From the NCBI GenBank assembly GCA_965226555.1, contig CBDDDG010000001.1, positions 224,001-288,000 on the forward strand: a stretch of DNA of 64,000 nucleotides, in the 5' to 3' direction. This DNA comes from Salinispira sp. (GTDB lineage Bacteria > Spirochaetota > Spirochaetia > DSM-27196 > Salinispiraceae). The first letter of the stretch is position 1. Each line of letters begins with the position of its first letter. A program made the translations under genes and the position numbers. A model generated the notes under the pieces. The model was not told where the DNA came from, ran no database searches, and saw only the letters and a program-made list of their open reading frames with translations. This document shows, one piece after another, positions 49,519 through 60,253 of the stretch.

Positions 49519-49809
49519 TCAAGGCAATGCCAATGGAGGTAAATTGTTATTGAATTCATTGAGGATTGCTCCATCAACAGCTGTAATGAAACTATTGTTG
49601 TCTCCATTGATGATGTAGGTATTGCCAATCTTTATGTTGTTTTCAATGCTATCAATATTTTTTTCGATAATAGCAATATTGCCGTTTATATTGCCAATAT
49701 TATTTTTTACATTAGTAACATTAAGGTGAAGAGAAATGGTTAATGCTATGGACAATGTCAAAGTTAAACCAACTGTCACTCTCCCAACTATTTTTATTTT
49801 ATCTGCCAT
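49519..49809 (-). CDS. Small membrane-anchored coiled-coil hypothetical protein
   Basis: One TM helix then N/I heptad-like repeats; AT-rich; bracketed by palindromes. Confidence 0.4.
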   Translation of the reverse strand: MADKIKIVGRVTVGLTLTLSIALTISLHLNVTNVKNNIGNINGNIAIIEKNIDSIENNIKIGNTYIINGDNNSFITAVDGAILNEFNNNLPPLALP

Positions 49810-49926
49810 AAAACAGCTCACTATTAATTTTGATCCATACGCCAATTCTCTGCGCGACAAACAACTACGGTGTCCTACACTATTTCCGATAATTATGATA
49901 CAGTGAGAAAACCTATCGGAGGTGCC

Positions 49927-50409
49927 ATGGCAATAACATTATTTCATACTACTGTCAGAATAACAAAAATCCTTGCAAAATGCAAAAGTTTCTTAACAGG
50001 AATTCTCGGTGTTTTTTTACTCTTTGCCTGCCAGACAGTCACGGAAGAGATTCCCCCCGATCTCAATAAGCAGATATTCTTCAAGGATGCTCAGGAATTT
50101 ATGGATTCTCTGAATTGGGATGCTGCCTTAATGTATCTGAATGAATTTAAACGCCGCTTTCCCGATGATCGCGCCGATATACTTGCAGCCGATTATCAAA
50201 TTGCCCTCATATATTATAAACAACAGGCCTATAATAGGGCACTGGAAGGTTTCAAGGCAATACTGGACATATACACTACCAACAATTCCGGCGATGAATC
50301 AGGCGAACTCTATGAATGGGTGAGAGTCCTCAGCGAAAAGCTCATTGAGCGGATAGAAAACCAGAGCGAATCGGAAGAAACAGAAGAGGCAGAAGAAACA
50401 AGCGGATAA
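49927..50409 (+). CDS. TPR lipoprotein (BamD-like)
   Basis: SD GGAGGT, lipobox LFAC, TPR helices (ADYQIALIYY). Confidence 0.65.
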   Translation: MAITLFHTTVRITKILAKCKSFLTGILGVFLLFACQTVTEEIPPDLNKQIFFKDAQEFMDSLNWDAALMYLNEFKRRFPDDRADILAADYQIALIYYKQQAYNRALEGFKAILDIYTTNNSGDESGELYEWVRVLSEKLIERIENQSESEETEEAEETSG

Positions 50410-50614
50410 TTGCGTCAGATGACTGGGTATAGAGGTACCATTATGAACAAAGATATTGTTGTAAACAGGGGAATATGAGAGAATTTTTCTTATATTCACT
50501 ATATCGCAGAAGGCGGGGAGGTGGTGCGCTTATGGGTGGATTCGCCATGGTTGAATTCGCCCAGTTGATATTTCCGATATTGTGGTATATATTTTTATAG
50601 AGAGGAGCATTAAA

Positions 50615-52738
50615 ATGATGTATAATTTCAATCCACTACGGAAAGTGGGGGGCTCCTCCTCTGTGTTAGTTGTCATAAGTCTGGTTCTCGCAGCCGTACT
50701 TACCGGATGTCCTGAGCCAGTTCAGGGACCCAGTCCGGGACCCACGGTAAGCCCGCCGGGCACCATGGCTGCCCCAACCCTTGAAGTGGGGAATACTCAA
50801 CTAAGGGCTAACTGGACTCCGCCGGAAAATAACGGCGGCAGCGCAATTACCGCGTATGAACTTCGCCATAGCGATGACGGCGGGAGCAGCTGGTCGGGAT
50901 TAGTCGAAATCCCCGCGCCAGCCACAAGCATTGCCATCACGAACCTGACAAACCTCACCGAATACATCGTACAGGCGCGCGCACGGAACAGCGCGGGCGC
51001 AGGCGACTGGTCGGGATCAAGCGATGGAGCAACCCCGAATTCAATAGTTCCCACGGAGCCGAATAATTTTATGCTTGCAGTGAGTCTGCAAACAATTACC
51101 GCAACATGGACTGTGCCGACCGATACTGGCGACAGTGCCATTACTCACTATGAACTACAATATCGCGTAGTCGGAACACGCGCGTGGGAATCTGTCATTT
51201 CTATTACTGTGAATGCCGACCCCAACCACACCTACACCCACCCCATCCCCAACCTGACAAAAGGTACCGAGTACGAGGTGCAGGTCTACGCTGTCAATGG
51301 TCAGGGCAATGGTAACTCAGCGACTGGCACCGCAACCCCTATTGGGCCTCCTTACGCACCGAATGCTCCTACGCTCACAGGCGGAAACGCCCGAATCACC
51401 GCAACATGGACAGCGCCCGCTGACGGCGGCAGCACCATTACCGAATACCATGTGCAGCACAGAACAAGCACCGCCGGCACATGGTCAACGACCGATACAG
51501 ATAACATCGCCACTATTGACGCTGCTACCACAAGCCACCCCATTACCGGGCTGACAAGCAGTACCTACCAAGTACGGGTGCGCGCCGTCAACGCGCAAGG
51601 TAATGGCGACTGGTCGGTATCTGCCGCCCTAACCCTTCCTGTCAAACCCAGCGCGCCGAATGCTCCTACGCTCACAGGCGGAAACGCCCGAATCACCGCA
51701 ACATGGACAGCGCCCGCTGACGGCGGCAGCGCCATTACCGCGTACCATGTGCAGCACAGAACAAGCGCCGCCGGCACATGGTCAACAACCGATACCGATA
51801 ACATCGCCACTATTAATGACGGTACCACGAGCTCCACCATTACCGGGCTGACAAACGGTACCTCCTACCAAGTACGGGTGCGCGCTGTCAACGCTATCGG
51901 CACTGGCGACTGGTCTACATCCGCAACGGGAACAACGAAAATTTCTGCGGCGCAGACTACTCCCGCGGGTACGGCAGCGACGGTAAACCTTTCGGCTGCC
52001 GCTATGACCATTATTACCGATGAGAACCCAAACCCAACCGTTGCTTTGACCGTGGTGGAACCGGGCACTCTCGTGGTTAGTGCATCAGGAGACATTACGG
52101 TCACCGCCGCAACTGCGCCCGCAGAGGTTACCGTTCCGACAGTTGATTCGGGTACCGGAGTTGTTACGGTTGCTGCGGATACAACGGCAGGAACATATCT
52201 GGTATACGGCACTGAATCTGGAGGCACAGACATACTGTTTGCCGAATATTTCTCCGTTACCGTGAGTCCAACAACTAACGCTGAACTGGACACAGCGGTA
52301 GCTGCGGGAATATCAACCTGGGGCAATACTGCCAATCTCAACTACATTATTACCACTGCAGTAACGGATATGACCAATGTTTTCCGGGGTACACTTGAAG
52401 CTTCAAACAGGTTCAATGGCGATATCTCGGGCTGGGATGTCAGTAAGGTAACAACTATGCACTATATGTTCTATGGAGCAACCGTATTCAATGGCGATAT
52501 CTCCGGCTGGGATGTCAGTAAGGTAACGAATATGAGCAATATGTTCAATGGAGCACGCGCATTCAATCAAGATCTTGAGGAGTGGAAGGATCATTGGTCG
52601 ACTGCTGCAGGGACGCTCAATGCCGCTGGCAAATATACCAAAAACAAAAACGAAATGTTTGTGGATTCCGGTTTGGATGCGAATCCGACTGTTGGGGATG
52701 ATAGCGGGGATCAACCGAATTATCCATCATGGTATTAG
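50615..52738 (+). CDS. Fn3 x4 + DUF285/BspA-like surface lipoprotein
   Basis: Lipobox LTGC; four Fn3 repeats, two of them a 297-bp-period duplication; FNGDISGWDVSKVT repeats. Confidence 0.9.
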   Translation: MMYNFNPLRKVGGSSSVLVVISLVLAAVLTGCPEPVQGPSPGPTVSPPGTMAAPTLEVGNTQLRANWTPPENNGGSAITAYELRHSDDGGSSWSGLVEIPAPATSIAITNLTNLTEYIVQARARNSAGAGDWSGSSDGATPNSIVPTEPNNFMLAVSLQTITATWTVPTDTGDSAITHYELQYRVVGTRAWESVISITVNADPNHTYTHPIPNLTKGTEYEVQVYAVNGQGNGNSATGTATPIGPPYAPNAPTLTGGNARITATWTAPADGGSTITEYHVQHRTSTAGTWSTTDTDNIATIDAATTSHPITGLTSSTYQVRVRAVNAQGNGDWSVSAALTLPVKPSAPNAPTLTGGNARITATWTAPADGGSAITAYHVQHRTSAAGTWSTTDTDNIATINDGTTSSTITGLTNGTSYQVRVRAVNAIGTGDWSTSATGTTKISAAQTTPAGTAATVNLSAAAMTIITDENPNPTVALTVVEPGTLVVSASGDITVTAATAPAEVTVPTVDSGTGVVTVAADTTAGTYLVYGTESGGTDILFAEYFSVTVSPTTNAELDTAVAAGISTWGNTANLNYIITTAVTDMTNVFRGTLEASNRFNGDISGWDVSKVTTMHYMFYGATVFNGDISGWDVSKVTNMSNMFNGARAFNQDLEEWKDHWSTAAGTLNAAGKYTKNKNEMFVDSGLDANPTVGDDSGDQPNYPSWY

Positions 52739-52839
52739 GAGCAGTTTCATAGCCCGCAGCGGCTATTGAAACGCTGCAATTCAACTCAGGCAGGCGCGGA
52801 TTTTCCCCCGGACGCATGGCGAGCAGGAGGCTTGCGCCT
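52728..52839 (+). repeat. Conserved 3' module, second copy
   Basis: Near-identical to 32761-32870. Confidence 0.85.
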
Positions 52840-52856
52840 TCTCCTCTATACCCGCA

Positions 52857-53906
52857 TCATATCTCCATTTTCTCATCCAGAAATTCCTTCGGGGCTGCTT
52901 CAAAACTTTCTGCAAGAAATTCTTCTGCCTTCATTCCTGCCGGAATGCCTCTACTGAGTGACTGCTTCCATTTTCGGCTTCCCCGCTCGCCTGCAAACAA
53001 TTCCAGTACTGGCCAGACAAGGCTCCTGACATTCACCCCTTCCTCTGCCTGCCGAAGGAGATAGCCAAACCAGGCCTCAATAATCTGCCTTCTGCTGGGC
53101 GCGCATAATTCATTGGTGTATCCGTTTGTCAGTTCTCCGTAATATCGGCGATCCAGACTGGCAAGCTGCCAAGGGCGCTCATAGGCAATTCGTCCAAGCA
53201 TAACCCCATCGCAATACTTCAGATGTTCATCAATTTCCTCATAGTTTCGTATGCCGCCGTTTATTTCAATATGAAGATATGGATATTCCTCCTTGAGACG
53301 GTATACTTCCTCATAGCGGAGGGGGGGAATGTGCCGGTTTTCTTTCGGACTGAGACCTTCCAGAATTGCGACACGGGCATGAATTATGTAACGCCGAGCC
53401 GGACCATCTTTGATGCGCTTTACGAAGGTGCTCATATCATCGTAGGTTCCGAGGCTGATATTTTGACCTTCAATACCAATACGATGCTTAATACTCACCG
53501 GCCGGCTCCCTGCCCTATGCATGACTTCGAGCACACGCGCAACCCGTTCAGGATCGGCCATGAGGCAGGCTCCAAAGTTATGCTGCTGTACCCGATCACT
53601 CGGGCATCCGACATTGAGGTTATACTCATCATAATCCCAGTCTTCGGCTATTCGGATAGCTTCCGCCATTTCATCAGGATTATCTCCGCCAAGCTGAAGA
53701 ACAAGCGGGCCTTCAACAGGATCAAAATCCAGAATGCGGGCACGATTTCCATGAATAATTGCCGCGGGAGTAATCATTTCAGTGTAGAGCAGAACCTGCC
53801 TGCTGAGCTGCCGGAGAAACCAGCGAAAATGCCGATGCGTTTTATCCATCATGGGAGCAATGGATATTGGAGAATGTATACTCGCCGCAGCATGACAATA
53901 TTTCAT
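52857..53906 (-). CDS. dusA: tRNA dihydrouridine(20/20a) synthase
   Basis: APMMD, YTEM, NLNVGCPS.RVQ, HAR.A.L.GLSPKENR.IPPL. Confidence 0.93.
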   Translation of the reverse strand: MKYCHAAASIHSPISIAPMMDKTHRHFRWFLRQLSRQVLLYTEMITPAAIIHGNRARILDFDPVEGPLVLQLGGDNPDEMAEAIRIAEDWDYDEYNLNVGCPSDRVQQHNFGACLMADPERVARVLEVMHRAGSRPVSIKHRIGIEGQNISLGTYDDMSTFVKRIKDGPARRYIIHARVAILEGLSPKENRHIPPLRYEEVYRLKEEYPYLHIEINGGIRNYEEIDEHLKYCDGVMLGRIAYERPWQLASLDRRYYGELTNGYTNELCAPSRRQIIEAWFGYLLRQAEEGVNVRSLVWPVLELFAGERGSRKWKQSLSRGIPAGMKAEEFLAESFEAAPKEFLDEKMEI

Positions 53907-55012
53907 GAGCTTCCCAACAGGATCACCCGCTCAATCATTGCGCCGCCGAGGCATTCATTTCCCTCATAAAACACAGCAAACTGCCCGGGAGCAATGCCCT
54001 TGTCGCCTTCCTTCATATGAACGGCAAAGCTCTTGCCAAGCCCGCCGCCGCTCCCTGAAGGCTTCGCCAAAGGCTGCAGACGGCAGCCAATCATTTTCGG
54101 CCCATGCCGGAGCTTCAGCCGAATGTCCTTTTTTCCCAGAGAAGTCGGTTCTGTTCCGCATATCCAGTTCGGATTAACACAGATAAAGCTCTTATGAAAA
54201 GCTGCGTGAATTTCATTCTGATGACTCACATACACGGTATTCTCAGGATCCTTACCCACTACGTACCAGGGACCTCCGCCGAGGCCGAGTCCCTTTCTCT
54301 GACCAATGGTATAAAACCAGGCTCCTTCGTGCTTTCCGAGAACCTTGCCGCTTTCTTTCTCCACAATTGAACCCTGGCCTGTGCCCAAATAGTGTTTCAG
54401 AAATTGCGGATACTTTATATTTCCAAGAAAACACATTCCCTGACTGTCCGGCCGATCCATATTCGGGAGAGCAAGCTTCCGGGCCAAAGAACGAACCTCA
54501 TGTTTATGCATGTTTCCCAGTGGAAAAAAAAGGCGGGAGAGTTGTTTCTGATTCACATGAGAAAGAAAATAGGTCTGATCCTTAATGGAATCGGGCGCCT
54601 GAAAAAGATGGTACCAATTGTCGGGAAAGCGCCGCAGCCCGGCATAGTGTCCAGTAACCACCTGATCAACATCATCGCCGATCTCCTCAAAGAAGGCTCC
54701 GAATTTAATACGCTGATTACAAAAAATATCCGGGCTCGGCGTACGCCCCTCCCGTAATTCTTCGAGTACATAGGTAACAACGGAATCGTAGTATGCCAAC
54801 TGAAGCGGCACAATAGCCAATTCAACCCCGATCTGTTCACAGACGGCGCTGGCGGCGGCAATGTCATCTTCCCATGGGCAATTCCCCAAAAAGCTCGCTT
54901 CATCTTCAAGCCATATCTTCAGATAATATGCCCGCACATACTCCCGATTTTTTACCAGATGCAGCGCAACAGAGCTATCGACTCCTCCTGAAAGAAGAAC
55001 AGCAGTTTTCAT
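53903..55012 (-). CDS. mnmA: tRNA 2-thiouridine(34) synthase
   Basis: SGGVDS, TPSPDIFCN, TGHYA, KDQTYFL, YTIGQRKG, PGQFAV. Confidence 0.95.
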   Translation of the reverse strand: MKTAVLLSGGVDSSVALHLVKNREYVRAYYLKIWLEDEASFLGNCPWEDDIAAASAVCEQIGVELAIVPLQLAYYDSVVTYVLEELREGRTPSPDIFCNQRIKFGAFFEEIGDDVDQVVTGHYAGLRRFPDNWYHLFQAPDSIKDQTYFLSHVNQKQLSRLFFPLGNMHKHEVRSLARKLALPNMDRPDSQGMCFLGNIKYPQFLKHYLGTGQGSIVEKESGKVLGKHEGAWFYTIGQRKGLGLGGGPWYVVGKDPENTVYVSHQNEIHAAFHKSFICVNPNWICGTEPTSLGKKDIRLKLRHGPKMIGCRLQPLAKPSGSGGGLGKSFAVHMKEGDKGIAPGQFAVFYEGNECLGGAMIERVILLGSS

Positions 55013-55052
55013 ATGCGGGAACTCGCTGGATTCGCGGAACTCGCGGGAACTC

Positions 55053-57201
55053 TCAGGAATGCGCCGGAATGTGTATTGTGAGGTGGGTTCCATTGCCGGA
55101 TTTTGTATAAAACGATAGTTTCCCTCCGAGTGTATGCATAACATTCTGCACCATCTTCAGACCCGCCCCCCTGTCTTTTTCATTCGTTGTACTCAGCTGC
55201 GGCAGAAAAAGCAGCTTGAGAAGATCATCATGAGTAACTTCACCGGTCAGGGCTCCGAGTTCACGGGCATGCTGCTCAATGAGGGGAAAATTTATTCCCC
55301 GTCCGTCATCGGCAATAATGATTTTATAGCCATCCGGCTGTTTGGAAAATATGATTTCAACCTTTCCATTCTCATTCTTTCCACTGTCTTTTCGCTCCTT
55401 GCCGCTCTCAATTCCATGTTCAACAGCATTGCGGATTATCTGGAGAAGCGCAGAGCGGATATCTGGAAGAACATGCAGATTATGAATGTTTCCCCGAATG
55501 GAAAAATCTATCTTCTTATCGAATTTCTTACTGAGATCATGAACAAGGTCTTCGGCTACCTTCCTGAATTCAATGAGATTATCTGCCGATCTAACAGGAT
55601 GCATGCCGGAAGGCATGGGCATAAAGCGCTCCATAGTTCTTTCCACATTATTCACAATTGCCTCTAATTCCTCACAAAACACTTCCAGTGATCCCGACTG
55701 CGGATTAATTGACAATTCATGTTCAATGTTGCGGAGTATTTTTTCAACCTGCTCAAGCTTCAACTTTTGGGAACGCGCAATAAGGGATCGTATTTCTTCC
55801 ACGGCTGTTTCAACATTCATCTGTGAATGGGACTGTGAATAGAAAAGGGCATGTACTATTTCGCGGCAGGAAATCAGAAATTTTGAAAGACCTGTGCGGT
55901 CGCAGGTAAGTACTTTCGCTATAAGCGCACGTTCATCTTCGTTTTTCTTCCGCTCATGCTCAAATTCCCGACGGATATCGGCGACAACTGTACGATCATT
56001 GAATATGACTATTACCTGTGTAACCTGTCCATCCTCTATAATTCTATGAAACATACAATCAACAATAATGTTCTTATTCCGTTCTTTTATGAAAATTTTT
56101 CTTTCTGTCAGGGGATTCTGTGAATGGAGCAGGCTTTTTTCAGTGTCGGTTTCAAACGCAATATCCAGAAATTCATCTATTTCCGTATGAAATGTTCCGT
56201 TTTCCGGTTCATCGGGATAAAGAAAATCGGAAAGTGATTTTCCGGCGAATTCACTCGTTCCGAACAATCTCTCAAGAGATGCCGAAACATTGGAAGTGAT
56301 CTTTCGATCGGAATTGATAAACAAAATACCGTCATTAACCGCTCTGAGGTATTTCTGATTTTCCTTTTCGATTATATCGGCTGTATTCTGCCTGAGAGAG
56401 TTCTCCAATCTTTCCCTGAAGATATGCAGTATATTATTGAGTTTATCGGCAAAGGCGCCGAATTCATCATGTGCCTGTAATTTCACCGAAGGATCTTCGG
56501 AACCCTGCGCAACGTTCACAAGCGTCTGTTCCATGGCGCGAAGAGGCCGTAAAACACTGTAACGGACAAAGATGATAATTATGATAACAAAAATACATCC
56601 CGATATCACAAGCACCATTGTAAGGAGGGTAGTTGTTCTGTTTGTCAGCGCATATAATCTTGCAAACGATTTCTGATAATATACCACTCCGCGGAATGCA
56701 ATACTGTTTTCATCGCAGTCCCGGCAATTGGCAGTACTGCTTATAGGGAAAAAATACTCTGACTGCTGTAATTTCAAATTAATTTCAGTCTGAGGAAGCC
56801 AGTTCTCAACTGTTTTCCTGAACGCCAGACTGTCATTGAAATGCGGGCGCTGAAACAGCTTTGGAGGAAGAAGTATCCTGCGTTTCGGAGAGATTCCCAA
56901 TAGTTCGGTAATTGCTGAATGCGGCAGTACCATCTGTCTGGAAAAGTTGAAAATTATCGTCTCCATACAGATCCTGGAGATCAAGTAATACCGACAGAGC
57001 CAGATCTTCCCGTCCTTCTGCCATCAGCCTCTGGAATACCAATTCAAAAATATCATTATGCTGCTCAACAGAAGCCGACATAGAATACAGGAATTCATTT
57101 CTTTGACTCTGCGCACTCAACAGAATAACAATAACGCTCATTACCGTAAAAACGAAAATAACTCCGAGAAGGAGCTTGGGATATAGAGAAAATTTTATCA
57201 T
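55053..57201 (-). pseudogene. Membrane HAMP-PAS-Hpt-like-HATPase (CheA-like) sensor split by a frameshift near 56840-56900
   Basis: ORF 56833-57201 has TM1 and periplasmic start; ORF 55053-56984 has TM2, HAMP, PAS, RNAVEHGIE, DDGRG, GAGL. Confidence 0.65.
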
Positions 57202-57295
57202 GTTTAACCCTTCCTACTTGCTGAATTATGAAAAACTTTACATTCTCATTTTATAGAAATGTTTTGCAAAATGCAAAACTTTGTTATAATTCAGA

Positions 57296-58549
57296 ATGCG
57301 AATTATTGTTTCACATACACAGCTTATATCTTTCAGACTCTTTTCTTTCTTAACAATAATGGTGCTGTCTGGATGCCGGACAATTGGAACAGACACCACT
57401 AATCAATCGCAGTTTATTACTCCCGAACAACTGCCGGAACTTGTTCAAATCTCCCTGTATCATCTTCCATTTATTATTGATGACGAGTTAAAATTTTCCA
57501 TTATAAACAGTAACATCCACGCATTAATTATACAAGATCAAATTGATTCTGCAATACGGCTTATTGATAATACCGTGGATTTTGTTGACAGTCATTTCAC
57601 GGGAGCGGGTAAAATTGAAGCATTAATCTCCCTTGCCCGCGGTTATATTGATCTCGGTGAGGTATCGGGAAGCCGTTCCCTTATTGAAGAATCTCTCCGG
57701 TTATTGTATGAACTGGGAGATATGCAGCAAAGCGAAACGCTTATTCAACAAATTATTTCGGTATGTTTCATTCTCAATGACGATGGTATTGATTTGTTAC
57801 AGGAAGTAATTAGAAAAATATATATTATAAAAGATTATGAACTGCGAACCCGCCTCCTGTTAAATACTGCGCGTCAATATCAGGAAGAATCGGAGGGGAA
57901 AAAGGCAGATGTTCTCCTGCAGCAGGCAATTCCCGCCGCGGAATCGATACCGGATCCTTTACAGAGAGCGCATGCCTATAGCCTTCTCAGTCTTCGCTTT
58001 ATGAGCGAAGGTGATGAACGCGCTAGGCTGCATTTTTTCGGAAAAACCATTGCCGTGCTTGAGGAACTGCAGGGTTCGGAAAATAACGCGCTGTTTGCAG
58101 ATATAGCTGTAAACCTTGCTCAGGCAGGTTTCACCGGCCAGGCGCTTACGCTCAGTACCAGCATGAGTATCTCCCACCATTTTGATGAGCTGTTGGAACT
58201 TGCCGTTATCTTTCATCGGCAAAATCAATTATCCGTAGCCGATCAATTATTGACCCGTATTACGGAAATTCCAGATACTAGTTCGGCAGCGCCTACTGTT
58301 TCAATGCTTCTGAAAATTTCCCGCGCACATTCCGATCGGGGAGAACAACAAGCTGCGCTGAGCAATAGTGCTGAAACAGCCCTATTGCATGCCCGTCTCG
58401 GGAATGTTGAACTCGCTCTGAATCTGCTCGTACAGATGACAAACCCTTATATAAAGGCTATGAGCATTGCATTATTATATGAACAGAGTAATCGCAATGA
58501 CATTACTTCTGAATTCATCGCTCCGTATATGGACGGACTCAGCCCCTGA
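57296..58549 (+). CDS. Helical-repeat (TPR-like) lipoprotein
   Basis: Lipobox LSGC; amphipathic helical repeats. Confidence 0.6.
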   Translation: MRIIVSHTQLISFRLFSFLTIMVLSGCRTIGTDTTNQSQFITPEQLPELVQISLYHLPFIIDDELKFSIINSNIHALIIQDQIDSAIRLIDNTVDFVDSHFTGAGKIEALISLARGYIDLGEVSGSRSLIEESLRLLYELGDMQQSETLIQQIISVCFILNDDGIDLLQEVIRKIYIIKDYELRTRLLLNTARQYQEESEGKKADVLLQQAIPAAESIPDPLQRAHAYSLLSLRFMSEGDERARLHFFGKTIAVLEELQGSENNALFADIAVNLAQAGFTGQALTLSTSMSISHHFDELLELAVIFHRQNQLSVADQLLTRITEIPDTSSAAPTVSMLLKISRAHSDRGEQQAALSNSAETALLHARLGNVELALNLLVQMTNPYIKAMSIALLYEQSNRNDITSEFIAPYMDGLSP

Positions 58550-58578
58550 TTGAATTCGCCAGAAGTTCTGGTTTGTGG

Positions 58579-58607
58579 TTGACAAGATTTCCGAGCACAA
58601 TTATACT
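58579..58607 (+). promoter_or_regulatory. Near-consensus sigma70 promoter
   Basis: TTGACA-17 bp-TATACT; SD AAGGAGG before ATG 58673. Confidence 0.7.
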
Positions 58608-58672
58608 GCATTATACTTACGAGACCATTGCCGTGCAACGATCTCAGTATATCGAATTAAGGAGGATTTCCA

Positions 58673-60253
58673 ATGAGAAAACTATTTAAATTGCTGTGCA
58701 ACAATCTCATAATGTTATCTGTCATGCTAACGGTAGTAACTATGTATTCATTTGGTGAAGGTAATAGTGATCACGGAGAAATTGTTGTATCCAACAACTC
58801 AAAAATTTTCGACATGCTTTCCCTCGGCGCAAGTGATCCTAAAGGAATCTGGTCTGACGGGACAACAATGTGGGTAGCAGATGTGCAGGATGACAAAATC
58901 TATGCCTACAGCATGGCAACGAAGGCTCGGGATGAAACGAAGGATTTTGACACGCTGATTGGAGCGGGGAATGATTCCCCTTCTGGAATCTGGTCTGACG
59001 GAACAACAATGTGGGTGTCGGATTTTGATTTTGATGAGGATACTAAAATTTATGCCTACAGCATGGCAACGAAGGATCGGGATGAGACGAAGGATTTTGA
59101 CACGCTGATTGGAGCGGGGAATGACTACCCTTCCGGAATCTGGTCTGACGGAACAACAATGTGGGTAGCAGATGAAAAAATCTATGCCTACAATATGGCA
59201 ACGAAGAATCGGGATGAAGCGAAGGATTTTGACACGCTGATTGGAGCGGGGAATGATTCCCCTTCTGGAATCTGGTCTGACGGAACAACAATGTGGGTAG
59301 CAGATGTGCAGGATGAAAAAATCTATGCCTACAATATGGCAACGAAGGCTCGGGATGAAACGAAGGATTTTGACACGCTGATTGGAGCGGGGAATGACTA
59401 CCCTTCTGGAATCTGGTCTGACGGAACAACAATGTGGGTAGCAGATGTGCAGGATGAAAAAATCTATGCTTATAATATGGAAACAAAAAACCATAATGAA
59501 CTGCAAAATTTTACAACACTTGATTCTATCGGAAATGATAGTCCGGTAGGCATCTGGTCGGATGGAGAAACGATGTGGGTATCAGATAATGAGGATGACA
59601 AAATTTATGCCTACAGCATGGCAACGAAGGCTCGGGATAATGCGAAGGATTTTGATGAACTTTTTCTTGCTGAGTCTGAATCACCTGCGGGAATTTGGTC
59701 TGACGGAACAACAATGTGGGTGGCGGTAGACGGCCAAAATTATTCTCATGAGGAAAACAAGAAAATCTATGCCTACAGCATGGCAACGAAGGCTCGGGAT
59801 AATGCGGAGGATTTCGACCTGAGCGCTGCAGGGAATGAGAATCCTAAAGGAATCTGGTCTGACGGAACAACAATGTGGGTGCTCTCCGGCAGTCGATATT
59901 CTGATATAAACATTCATGCCTACAATATGAAGACAAAGGCCCGTGAAGAAGAAAAGGATTTTAACAATTTCTTAATGAATCTTGTTAAGAATGTGTGGCC
60001 TTATGGAATCTGGTCTGACGGAGAGACAATGTGGGTGTCCGATTTCTTTGCGGAAAAAATATTTTCCTACACAATGAAAACAAACAATACGGTAACAAAT
60101 GATATTGCTCTCAAAGATTTTGATACCTTACTATTTGCTGGAAATGATTCTCCGCGTGGAATCTGGTCTGACGGAGAGACAATGTGGGTAGCAGATGTGC
60201 AAGATAAGAAAATATATGCCTACAATATGGAAACGAAAGAGGTTTATCAATGA
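58673..60253 (+). CDS. Secreted WSDG-repeat beta-propeller protein
   Basis: About 10 repeats of GIWSDGTTMWVAD..D.KIYAY.M.TK.RD..KDFDTL..AGN, many nearly identical in DNA. Confidence 0.85.
   Translation: MRKLFKLLCNNLIMLSVMLTVVTMYSFGEGNSDHGEIVVSNNSKIFDMLSLGASDPKGIWSDGTTMWVADVQDDKIYAYSMATKARDETKDFDTLIGAGNDSPSGIWSDGTTMWVSDFDFDEDTKIYAYSMATKDRDETKDFDTLIGAGNDYPSGIWSDGTTMWVADEKIYAYNMATKNRDEAKDFDTLIGAGNDSPSGIWSDGTTMWVADVQDEKIYAYNMATKARDETKDFDTLIGAGNDYPSGIWSDGTTMWVADVQDEKIYAYNMETKNHNELQNFTTLDSIGNDSPVGIWSDGETMWVSDNEDDKIYAYSMATKARDNAKDFDELFLAESESPAGIWSDGTTMWVAVDGQNYSHEENKKIYAYSMATKARDNAEDFDLSAAGNENPKGIWSDGTTMWVLSGSRYSDINIHAYNMKTKAREEEKDFNNFLMNLVKNVWPYGIWSDGETMWVSDFFAEKIFSYTMKTNNTVTNDIALKDFDTLLFAGNDSPRGIWSDGETMWVADVQDKKIYAYNMETKEVYQ

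Larger units (their letters stand above)
2051..57284. repeat. Dispersed AT-rich palindrome family, about 19 sites; span covers first to last copy
   Basis: Copies near 2051, 2999, 4587, 5373, 13774-14116, 14851, 16143, 22490, 22674, 22746, 24040, 28729, 32952, 37010, 38512, 39808, 49477, 49964, 57254; consensus (T)AGAAANTTTTGC-N2..6-GCAAAANTTT(C/G)T. Confidence 0.85.

Noticed and set aside
31530..52839. Diversity-generating retroelement acting on the DUF285 genes
   Set aside because: No reverse transcriptase or template repeat in the window, and the paralog differences include indels
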